A stretch of DNA of 64,000 nucleotides from Chloropicon primus (lineage: Eukaryota). The stretch covers positions 496,001 through 560,000 of the forward strand of contig CP060768.1 in assembly GCA_023205875.1 (NCBI GenBank), read 5' to 3'. Each line of letters begins with the position of its first letter. Position 1 is the first letter of the stretch. The notes under the pieces were generated by a model. It worked only from the letters and a program-made list of their open reading frames with translations. It was not told the origin of the DNA and did not search any database. The position numbers were made by a program, and so were the translations under genes. Below are positions 25,597-35,493 of this stretch, piece by piece.

Positions 25597-25794
25597 TCTC
25601 ACACTCTCTACTCCCTCGCTCTCGCTCTCCTCGTCTCTCGCTCTCGCTCTTCGTCGGTCGCCGCCGCTCAAACCTCCGCCAACTGCTCCTGCCCACGCCG
25701 CGGCTCAGGGAACCCGGACGAACAGGGAAGACCGGGGCTTCGGGAGCAACACGCTGACGCGGAGGGAACAAAACGTAGAATACAGGCAATTAAA

Positions 25795-26030
25795 ACGAAA
25801 GTACGTCTCAAGACCTTTCCATCGATACCTTGGTTCACGGCATTGGCAAAGGATTGACCGAGGGGACGACGTGTGAACGAGGTGGATTCCTAGCGAGGCG
25901 AGGCCAGGAGTGGACTGCAATCAGCGAGGAAGTTGACGACGACGACGAGAGAGGGAGAGTGCGACAGGGGTACCACACGAAAGTTCGTCTCAAGACCTTT
26001 CCATCGATACGTACCTTTACCTTGGTGGAC
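25795..26030 (+). repeat. Two near-identical copies of the dispersed promoter motif, 182 bp apart
   Basis: acgaaagtacgtctcaagacctttccatcgatac at 25795 and acgaaagttcgtctcaagacctttccatcgatac at 25977. Confidence 0.85.
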
Positions 26031-26304
26031 AGGTTTGGAGCGTCGAAGTGAAGCTCCAAAGGAAAGGACCGTGCTGGAGAAGGGGAGAGGTCATCAAGCG
26101 TGGGCACTGGGGGGGAAGAGGGCACTGGGGAGGGGTTGACGATAGAGGGGGGAGGGAAGAGAGCGTCAGGGCGAGTGGTGTCGATTGGCACGAACTTGCG
26201 GATTCGCGCGGCCCTCATTTGCGGCGTGGCTGGGTTATGGGCGTGGAGAAAGGGGAAGGCAGGGGAAGAGGGGAGCTCACAGGTAGGGGGGCGAGGGCGT
26301 GAAG

Positions 26305-26839
26305 ATGGAGAGAATGGAGGAGGAGATCAGGGCGCTGAGGAAGGAAGCGGAGGCGCTTAACTCGCCAGCGACCTTTTCCAAGAGCGCTAAGCTCGCCAGG
26401 AAGGCCAGGGCTCTGGAGAAGGAGCTCCAGAAGAGAAGGGAGAGAGAAAGCAAGCTCCAGAACACCGTGGACAGAACGTTGTCAGGATGCAAGGTAAGCA
26501 CAGGGCGACGAAAGAGTCCGAACCCGTTGCTGGAACGAAAACAAATTCTGATCCAAATTTCCTCTCGCGCCGTCCCAGTGGCTTGCGATAAGCCTGGGGG
26601 TGGCGGTTATGTGGGGCAAGCCCGCCTTGGAAGTGGACGCGAGCGTTGTTGATCTTTGGCCCCTGGGTTCCTGGCTCAAGTGGCCGGACTGCTCTGGTTA
26701 TTACTCGGACGAAGCCAGCGGGGGAAGCCAAGGGGGCGGGACGAAACAGGCCATCAGCACGCTTGCTCTTTGCCTTATGGTGAGCAAGGCTGTGTCCTAC
26801 GCACTTCGGGGAGCCTCGTGGAGGCGAAGGGGGGGTTGA
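26305..26839 (+). CDS. GET1: GET1/WRB-like tail-anchored protein insertion receptor. Exons ~26305-26493 and 26579-26839, N-terminus uncertain
   Basis: Coiled coil LRKEAEALNSPATFSKSAKLARKARALEKEL, then TM WLAISLGVAVMWGKP..LWPLGSWLKWP after a GTAAGC..CAG intron. Confidence 0.75.
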
Positions 26840-27807
26840 TGCTCGTACGTCGCAATTTTGGTTTGTAAAGTGTTTATATCGTGTACAACAATTTGGTTTT
26901 TTGGACGCCACACGGCGGCCTCCCTCTCTCTCCTCTCTCTTGCCCACCCCCTTCTTGTCCTGCACACCATACCATTATTGCAGTGCTTGTCCCTCCATGT
27001 CAAAGAAGACCGACTTTTGCTGTGTTGTCTTTCGATGAGAACTTCTACTTCTACTTGAGGAAGCTCCCTCAAGGGAGGACGCGTCCCCCCTAGTATGATG
27101 CACAAGGAGTTTTCGGCCAGGGAGCACCTGACCCGGCTGCCGAGGAATCTCCTGGCGAAGGCGCTTGAGTCCGCGGACGGAAGCCCTGAGTACGACAGGG
27201 GAGGGCGCCAGGACCCCCCTTCCCTGGCACGATGATGATGATGATGATGTTGATGAACCAGGATCTCCCTCCCTGGAGCTCTGGACACTCCCAACGTGAG
27301 ATTTGAAGTTGGGCCAACGGCCAATTGTGGAGATCAGAGGACAGAAGGGCGCGGACAACCAGGAGGAAGGCGAGTGAAGAGTCACGAGGACGAGGACGAG
27401 GGCCAAGGCAACCCACACGAGGGGCGGAGAGGTACGCCAAGGGTCCAAAGATAGAACCTTTGGGCGGAGGAAAGGCTTGCAAAGGAAGGGAAAGGGGCCA
27501 ACCAGCCTTGACGGGACTCCTTACGAGGAAGAGGAACCAGGACCAGGACAAAACCGGCTACCAGGGGCAGGGAGTTGGGCAAAGGGTCGAAAGATAGAAT
27601 CTTTGGGCAGAGGAGGGGCTTGTTGAGGAAGGGATCAGGCCCTGGCGGTGGCGACGGCCATGCTCGGCACCTGAAGCGCCTTGCACACCACCACAGAAAC
27701 TCTTGACAAGAAAGGAAAGTCGTTTTAAGGAGAGGCCCAAGGAAGGAGGAAGCAGGTGGGCAAGAGTAGCACCGCCTCCGGAGTGACCTAGGGGGTCTCC
27801 TCTCTCG

Positions 27808-29322
27808 ATGAACGGTATTGACGCGACGAAGGCAATCGGCAAAGGTGAAGGGACCGAGACGTTGTACACTATGGAAGCAATGAAAACGAAGAAGAGTAGT
27901 GGGAAGAGAATGTCGGGCCTGACTGGTGCGCGGCACATGAACCTGTACCCCCCCGTCAAAATTGAAAAGGTTCTGAGCATCCTGGTTGCCGCGGTGGCCC
28001 TTGGGTATGCCGTGCAGCTCGGCCTCGAGGTCGAGGAGGGAAACGAGGACTTGTATTATTACACCAACATCGCCGTTGCGGGGGTTTACCTGTTGGAAAC
28101 CATCTTGAACACAGTTTTACAAAAGAAGGGGTTCTTCACAAGCCCCAGGAGGTACCTGAATATTCTGGACTGCTGCATAACAGCAGTGGCAGTCCTTGAT
28201 GCCGTTTTCGAGATCCTCGGCGAGGAGTACTTCCTCCTGAGGTTCTTCAAGGTGCTCAAGGTCTTCAGAGTGATGTGGGTGCTCAGCTTCAGCGAGACCT
28301 TTGCGTTCGCTCTTGGGATCTTCGAGCGGGTTGGGATGAACTTCATCCTTGTTCTCATCATCGAGTTTGCTGTTTTGTACTGCAACGCCTTGCTGGTCAC
28401 CAAGTTCGTTGGGCAGGCCACCGAGTTCCGTTCGGACCCCGTGGCCAAGAAGCTGTACGGGAGTTTGACTTCCTCCCTGAGCACGCTGTTCCAGCTGTGC
28501 ACCTTCCAAATGGCTTGGAGCGAAAGCGTTGAGCATGTTTTGGACAACAGCAGCGCGTCCACAGGAAAGTACGTCTGGATCATCCACGTGGAGTGCATAT
28601 TAGTCTTCGCATACTTGTGGTTCGTGGTGGTGATGGGAGGGATTTTCAAGGCCCTGCTGGACGAGAAAGTGCAAGAGGAGCAGATGCACGGCATGAAGAC
28701 GGCGAACAAGCTCGAAGAGCTCAGGCGAGCGCTCTTGCTGAAAAATGCGGAGGCTCTGCACGGGGACGATGCCTTGTCTGACCAGGAGGATGACGAAAAG
28801 AACCCAAAGTCTGTGAAAGAGCTTCAAAGGTTGGAAGAATTCGCTGCAGCGAACGAGCTGATGGCGCTGAGCGTTCCCGAGGCCGTCAGAGCCCTGGAAT
28901 TTCTTACTGACCGCGAGGAGACAGTAGAAAAGTTCAAGGCCAACGCCATTGACGCCCTCTTCACCTTGAACAGGGGCGTGAACAAGATGGAGCTCTACCA
29001 GTCGTCCTCAAGGATGCTGTCAAAGTTACAGCAAACCCTGAGAATACAGAGGGAAGACACGGAAGAGCTGAGGCACAACGTGTCCGTTCTTTCTGGATTG
29101 CTGCAGCAAAACATTCAAGTTGCGGCAAAGGGGGAGAAGATCAGAGTAAGAAACCAGGAGTGGTTCCAGGAGAGGGAACAGCTGAAGACGAAGAACGAAA
29201 AGTTAGCTGCCGACATCATCAACATCAAGAGGCAGCTGCAAGCCGCCAAGGTTGAGGCAGCCGCCGCAAGGAGCACGATGGGTCAAAAAGTGAAAGCGCC
29301 CACACAGACCGGAATCTATTAA
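27808..29322 (+). CDS. Single-domain 6TM voltage-gated-like cation channel with a coiled-coil C-terminus
   Basis: S2 YLLETIL, S3 LNILDCCIT, S4 LRFFKVLKVFRV, pore helix YGSLTSSLSTLFQLCTFQMAW, then S6. Confidence 0.8.
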   Translation: MNGIDATKAIGKGEGTETLYTMEAMKTKKSSGKRMSGLTGARHMNLYPPVKIEKVLSILVAAVALGYAVQLGLEVEEGNEDLYYYTNIAVAGVYLLETILNTVLQKKGFFTSPRRYLNILDCCITAVAVLDAVFEILGEEYFLLRFFKVLKVFRVMWVLSFSETFAFALGIFERVGMNFILVLIIEFAVLYCNALLVTKFVGQATEFRSDPVAKKLYGSLTSSLSTLFQLCTFQMAWSESVEHVLDNSSASTGKYVWIIHVECILVFAYLWFVVVMGGIFKALLDEKVQEEQMHGMKTANKLEELRRALLLKNAEALHGDDALSDQEDDEKNPKSVKELQRLEEFAAANELMALSVPEAVRALEFLTDREETVEKFKANAIDALFTLNRGVNKMELYQSSSRMLSKLQQTLRIQREDTEELRHNVSVLSGLLQQNIQVAAKGEKIRVRNQEWFQEREQLKTKNEKLAADIINIKRQLQAAKVEAAAARSTMGQKVKAPTQTGIY

Positions 29323-29347
29323 GGACTAAAAAAATACGTGGTTTAAA

Positions 29348-31282
29348 CTAATAAACCCCTCTTCCCTGCTCATGCAACTTCGTGCCACTCTGGTGGTGGT
29401 GCGACTTTGTGGAATGATGTGTCAATGCGAAGTACACCAGGAAGTGCAGGATGAGCAAATAAATAATGGCGACCTGCTTCCTGTGTTTCACCAGGAAGGC
29501 AAAAGGTCCTTTGGGCTTGGGCAGGTGCCTCGCGGGATCAAGGTGCTTTGGGATGTCCACCTTGATCGACTCATCGGTGGAGGTCATTGCAATCTGCCAC
29601 CTCAAGTCCTTGTTCTCCTTTTGAAGTTGCTTCACCTTCCTCGTGGAATCTTCTGCCTGCATCTTCAGCATCTGGGCCTCATCCACTTGCTCCCTCAACA
29701 GCTTGATCTCAGAGCTGCTGGCCACGGTGTTTCCTGCCATGAGCTCCTCATTTGTCCGCTTCAGCGTATCTCTCTCATGGAGCAGCCCGTCCAGCTCCTG
29801 CTGCAACGCCTGTTCCCTGGCCTGGGCCTCGTCGATCGCCGTCTTGTAAAGGCCAACAGACTCCTCTACCTTGAGGTGGCCCGAGGCCGAGACTTCCATT
29901 TGGGCCAAGCTGGCCGTGAGCTCCATGTTTTTCTGCCTCGAGGCCTTCAGCTGCTGCTCGGTCTCCTCCGCTTTGAGCCTGTACTCCTCGATCTTCTTGC
30001 TCAGGGGCTCCGTGGCTGCCACCAGCGCAGATTTAAGCTGGTCCTCCTGCACCGGATTCTCCGCGGCTACCTCGCCGCTCACAGTGGCCTCAGCCTGCCT
30101 GCTGGAGTACTCCTCGATCGTTTTTTGCTGCTCGACCACTTGCTCGTTCAGCCTGTCGATCTCAGAGGTCGCCTTCTCCAAGTCAGAAGAGTACTGCGCC
30201 TGCAGGCGTGCGAACTTCTTTTTCCTATCCTCCTCGTCCAAGCGGTAGCTTTGCAGGGTCTGAGCCATTTCCTCCATGCTCTTCACGGCCTTCTCCTCCC
30301 TTTCGCTTGCCCGGGCTTCCCTCTCCAGCGCCGCCTTGACGTCCGACTTGGCCTGCTCTCGCTCCTCGGCCACCTCAGATTCTGTTTCCTCAATCTCCTG
30401 CCTCGCCTCCTGCTTGGCCTGCTCCATGGCTTGAGTGAGAGACACGCACTCCTTCTGCACGGACTTGAGCTGGTCCTCCACTTGAGCCAGCTGGTCCTGC
30501 TTCGATTGGTTGTCGCTCTCCAATCGAAGCTTCTCGTTCTCAAGCTCGTCTCGCTCCGTTCTCAAGTTCAAAGCCTCGTTCACTAACCTTTGCTTCTCCT
30601 GCTCTTGGTCCCCCACCGCCTCGAGCTGTCCCTCCAGCTCTGCCACGCGCCTCTGCAGGGTTTTCACCTGAGAGAGCTGCTGCTCGTGCTCCTCGGACGC
30701 CTTTGACTCGTTCACGGTGGCGTTGGCTGCTCTCTCTGCAGCAGACCTCACCGCCGACTGCAAGTGCGCCATCTCCTGCTTCAGTTGTTCGATAACTTTG
30801 TCCTTCTCCTCCACTTTGGTCTGAGACTCCTTGGCGTCCGCTTCCTTCAGCTTCCTCTCCACCTCCGCCTTCTGGTTCAAGGACTTCACCTGCTTCTTCA
30901 GCTGTTCCACTTCCTCCTTCGCCTTGGTGGCCTCAGCGTCGTCGGTCCCTCCTCCATGGCCTTGGCTCGCCTTCGAGTCCTCCAGCGCCTTGCTCTTCAG
31001 TTCCTCGACCCTTTTCTCGAGCTCCAAGGCCTCCGCGCGATACTTGTCACGGTCCTCCGCCAGCGCGTTCTTCTCCTGCTCGATGCCTTTGCCCTTCCTG
31101 ATCGCGTTGTGAAGCTTCTTACGCATGGCCTTGGTCTCTTCTCGACTCGTTTCCAAATCCTCTTCCAACTTTTTGACTTTTGCTTTGTTCTTTGCGTGCG
31201 GCGTCCCGCCAAGCTTCACCGCTTTCGAGACGGGCGAAGCTGGGGCAGGGGACCCATAGTAGGCCTCCTCCTCCGACGCCAT
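29348..31282 (-). CDS. Long coiled-coil protein with a C-terminal TM anchor (golgin-like)
   Basis: Heptad-rich body, the motif RKKLHNAIRKGKG, and a tail anchor VAIIYLLILHFLVYFAL. ATG at 31282. Confidence 0.8.
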   Translation of the reverse strand: MASEEEAYYGSPAPASPVSKAVKLGGTPHAKNKAKVKKLEEDLETSREETKAMRKKLHNAIRKGKGIEQEKNALAEDRDKYRAEALELEKRVEELKSKALEDSKASQGHGGGTDDAEATKAKEEVEQLKKQVKSLNQKAEVERKLKEADAKESQTKVEEKDKVIEQLKQEMAHLQSAVRSAAERAANATVNESKASEEHEQQLSQVKTLQRRVAELEGQLEAVGDQEQEKQRLVNEALNLRTERDELENEKLRLESDNQSKQDQLAQVEDQLKSVQKECVSLTQAMEQAKQEARQEIEETESEVAEEREQAKSDVKAALEREARASEREEKAVKSMEEMAQTLQSYRLDEEDRKKKFARLQAQYSSDLEKATSEIDRLNEQVVEQQKTIEEYSSRQAEATVSGEVAAENPVQEDQLKSALVAATEPLSKKIEEYRLKAEETEQQLKASRQKNMELTASLAQMEVSASGHLKVEESVGLYKTAIDEAQAREQALQQELDGLLHERDTLKRTNEELMAGNTVASSSEIKLLREQVDEAQMLKMQAEDSTRKVKQLQKENKDLRWQIAMTSTDESIKVDIPKHLDPARHLPKPKGPFAFLVKHRKQVAIIYLLILHFLVYFALTHHSTKSHHHQSGTKLHEQGRGVY

Positions 31283-31644
31283 CCCGAACCTCTCTCCTCT
31301 TCCCACTCCTCCTCTCTCGCCGCTTCCCTCCGCTCCCTCGAGGGCCTCAAGGGGGTCGCCTCCTCTGCCAAGCCAAGCCAAGGCCAAGGGGAGAGGGAGA
31401 GGGAGAGGGAGAGGGAGAGGGAGGAAAAGGTGTTCACGTTACAACAAGGTGAGGTGGAAGGACCTTAATTATGGCACAGAATGAACAGTTCGGGTCTTGA
31501 TCAAGCGGTTTGCTGTCCCTGGTGACCTTTCGCGTGGTTGGGAGCAAGAGAATTCTTCTTCTTTCCTCTCACTGAACATAACATAACATCCGCGCGCAAA
31601 CGGAAAACGCAAAAGGCGAAACCAAACCAAAGAGAGCAAAAGAG

Positions 31645-32685
31645 TCAGGGAGATGAGAGAGGAAACAAAGGCCCGGTCCAGTACCCAGGAGGAAAGGCAT
31701 TGCGTGGCGGGGAGACGGTGGAAAGATCACCGAGATCATCGAGATCCGTTGCAAGCGGCGTCAAGTCAAGGCGTGCTCGATCTGACTTACTTTGGATTTT
31801 TGCGTAAAGGGTTCCGAAGACCACAACGAGGCCCAGCCACTGACCCCCTGCCATTGGGTGGCCAAAGAGAACGTTGCTCACGAGGATCGAGAGAAACTGC
31901 CTGGTTGTCATGATCGTGGCGAACACCAGAGCCCCGTATGTCTTGATCGTGTATGCGATGATGAACTGACTGCTCACGGCAGTGCTGCTGAGGAACAAGA
32001 TGTCCACAATGCAACTGGGGTAAGCCACAACGAATTTCAACGCGGGTACCAGCATGCCCGACATCACGAGAGAGCCAAAGGCAAACGTCGCGGAGAAGAG
32101 AGTGACGTACAGCACTTGGTGGTGCGGGGTCATCTGAAACCCCTTGAAGAGTTTCTCCTGGAAGGTTGAGGTGAATCCGTCAAACCCGAGGTACCCCATC
32201 ATCAGGAGACCGCCATACGCTGCCCCCGTGTTGCCACCCTCCGGCCCGCCCGCCGTGTGCCTGTGGCTCACCTTACTGCTCGCGTCCCCGGACAGCAGGA
32301 AGAGTGTGCAACCAAACGTCACGAGCACGGCCATGCCATACTCCTTCAAGTTGTAGCTCTTCATCAGGATCACTGTGCCCCACAGCATGACCGGCACCAT
32401 CTTGGCGGTTTTCGCCAAGGTCTGCACCGGGAAAGTCACGTACTTGAGGGCTTCGTACTGACAAGCGGTCGCCACCACATTGGAGACTGACACTGCAGCG
32501 TACGAAAACAATGGGGCGATGGGCTTGAGCGACTCCCCCTTCGCCACGTTCGTGACCAGCGCCACCGCGCACGTCAAAGCCCTGTTGATGAACACGATGA
32601 GCAATGAATAACTGAAGTACTCGTTACCTCCGCCTTCGAACCGAGCAGCATCAGCATCAGCATCAGCATCAGCATCACGACGAAC

Positions 32686-32746
<61 letters not shown>

Positions 32747-33059
32747 AGGGATAGGAAACGTTGGTTCAGTTCGTCGTGACAGTCGCTGGCGCGTCGTTGT
32801 TGGTCTTACCGTAGGGCGTTGTCATGACCTTCTCCTGCAAGATGCCGTAACATATGAGCGTGCCGAGTATGCCCCCCGCACACAAGGCAACCCCGAGGTA
32901 ATACCCTCCCCATTCCTTGTCCAACAACTGAGCAAACTTGTGTTTCGAGAAGGAGCCTCGTCGTTCGGGAGTGGCGTGGTGCTCGTCGAAACTGCCGCCG
33001 TCGCGCTCCATGCTCGGCGTCCGCAACAAGATCCTCTTTTCGGAGGCCTCCGCGCTCAT
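31645..33059 (-). CDS. UAA-family nucleotide-sugar/PAPS transporter (SLC35B/UTr5-like). Exons 32810-33059 and ~31645-32633
   Basis: YGILQEKVMTTPYG|GGNEYFSYSLLIVFINR, CQYEALKYVTFPVQTLAKTAKMVPVMLWG and GFDGFTSTFQEKLF. The 3' end may include another intron (GTAAGT near 31790). Confidence 0.88.
32688..32740. repeat. (AG)n microsatellite in an intron
   Basis: About 26 AG units. Confidence 0.9.
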
Positions 33060-33231
33060 CCTTCTCGCTTCTGGTAGTTGAAACCGCTCAAACGCTCCAG
33101 AAAAATGGAGCGAAAACAATGGGGCTGGGGCGGATGAATCGGGGAGAGGGGAGACAAGATAGAGAGATGGTCGATGAGCATGAACGGATGGAGGGTGGAT
33201 GGAAAAGTATTCAACACACGGACGAAACCGA

Positions 33232-34510
33232 TTAGAGGGATCCACCTTCTCCTTGGACTTGGACTTGGACTTGGAGGTTGGCTTGTCCCGCGGGGTCCGG
33301 TACCGGGGTATCTGCTTCGGCTTCGGCCAGTGGCGGTGGTGCGTCTTCGGGCCTCTCAGGTTGAGCCTGGACTTGTTCGTAGGTCTGCTGCAAGAAAGCA
33401 GACCTTGCGCTGACTTGGCTCTGTGCAGCTTCGAGCTGCTCGGAATCCACGAGCGCCAAGAAGGACTCCAAGGACTTCTTTGAAGCGGCCAGAGACTTCA
33501 AGGAAAAATCCGTGAACTCTATGGACTGCTTCCCCGACGGCGGAATCAAAGTGTCAAAGTACGCGTCGTAATCCACTTGGGAGAGGTAATCCGCTGCATC
33601 CCTGGCGTGCTCCCGCATCTTTTCTGCAGCTTTTGGGTCCGCCTCTAGCTTGGCCACCTGCAGCATCGCGGTCTTCAAGTTTTGCTTCCCTTCGAGAATG
33701 GCCTTCACCTTGGACTGCACCGCCGGCCACTCCGCGTACGTGACGAGGTCCTCGATCCTGGCGTACTCCTGCTTGGACTCCAAGATAGGCACCAGGTAAG
33801 CAAAGGTGGGTTGAGTCGGACTACTGAGATCGAGCTTGTCCGTGGGGATCAGAGCAAGAAGGCCAGCAAGGATCGCGCCGCCCACGCCCAGGAGAAGCCG
33901 CTTCGTGACCTTGCCCTTGTCCTCCTCGCTCACGCCTGTCTGGTAGCTTGACTCCGAGACCCCGTCCTTCGCCATGAACTCCTCTCCCGATCGAACCAGC
34001 TTGGCAAAATCAGAGTCCGTTTCTGGTGCCGCCAAGGCCAATCACGAGAGGTGCAGAAGACAGGAGAAGAGAAATGCGACGACGAGTCAGCACGCGAGGG
34101 TCGATCTCTGAAGCTCCGCACGCTTCAGCCTTACCTCCTAACCAGGTATCACTCGTTGGGTACAAAAAGTTCTCTCGGGTGAAAGTGGATGACCCATCGA
34201 TTTTGACGTCGGGTCTGTTCGGCTTGGCATCCCTTCCACTGGTGCTCGCCGCCGCGATCTCGGCCTCAGCTTCCTTCATATCCGCCAACTGCTTCCTGAG
34301 CTCCGCAGCTTCCTTCTCGGCTTCCTTCAACCGCTCCAGCATCTCTTCACTCAACACCTCAGCAGCAGGTTCATCATCCGGATTCCCTCCGCCACCTCCG
34401 TCCGCCCGGCCCCGCACGAGCGATCTCGCCCTCCGCGATGACGCCTTGAGACCCACCACCTTCCTCCCCCCCGCGCCCTTCCAGCGCCACGCCATCACCA
34501 TCATCACCAT
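33232..34510 (-). CDS. Probable thylakoid protein with a transit peptide, a TM/signal segment and a helical-bundle domain (PsbQ/MPH2-like). Exons 34135-34510 and 33232-34022
   Basis: The intron GTAAGG..GCTGAC..CAG at 34023-34134 joins the frames (..WLG|ETDSDF..). Features include KRLLLGVGGAILAGLLALIP and AYLVPILES. The family call is tentative. Confidence 0.6.
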
Positions 34511-35353
34511 CGAGTAGTGCAGCAGGAGCAAACTCAATCCTCTCCTCCAGCGCGCGATCTCAGTCGAGCGACACGCCGTTCGAAAGCTCGTGAGACGTAC
34601 TTTCGACGAGTCCCTTCCCCTCCCAAAGTAAACCTCTTCCCACACAAGTCACCCCGCGGCGGTGGCGGCGGAAGCAGGTACGGAAGAGGCTACGGCTACG
34701 GAGGCGGCTACGGCAGACGCGCCCAATCAATCAATCCGTCCAACCATCCATCCTCAAGTTTGTTCGTGTCCGCCCCAGAAAGTCTCACCAAATCCTCCTC
34801 AGAGCACCGATTCTTTCCAGCGACGGCTTGTTCGAAAGCTCGCGAGACGATGCTTCCGCCTAGGTTGCTATCCCTCCCCCAATCTCCTCGTTCACGCCGC
34901 ACAAGCCGAACGCGCTCCTCGGTTGCAGTTTGTGGTCAGCAGCAGCAGAGAAGAGTTTCATTGAAGGGGCATTGATCCCAGGGACAAGGCAAAGGTCCAG
35001 GAGAAGGTGGAGGAGGACGCAAAAGGTTGGAGCTGGAGGGCGAGGAGGGAGGAAAGGCGGGGTTGTGAGGAAGCAGGACGAATACTTGTCTCACGACCTT
35101 TCGATTGGCGGTCTCAATCCTGCAAAGGTGTCGGGATTTGGCTTGGTGTGGAGCATAAACCGACCAGGCTAGGGAAGGGGCATATTTTGTCAACTGCATT
35201 GGTAGGATGACCAGGCTAGGGAGGAGGGAAGGGAGACGGAGGTAGGGAGCGAGAGAGAGGGAGGGGGCTGGGTTGAAATGTAACGTGACTCAACCAGTGC
35301 TCCGCAGCCCGCAGAAACGAAGGGAAGAACAAACGCCAGCTGCGAAACATCAC

Positions 35354-35440
35354 ATCATCAACATCAACATCAACATCAACATCAACATCAACATCAACAT
35401 CAACATCAACATCAACATCAACAGCAGCATCAACATCAAC
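35354..35440 (+). repeat. (ATCAAC)n microsatellite in the 5' region of the C2 gene
   Basis: About 12 tandem ATCAAC units. Confidence 0.9.
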
Positions 35441-35493
35441 AGCAGCAGCAGCAAGGAAAAGCAGAAGGAGCAGCGAACAAGAAGACGCAAGGT

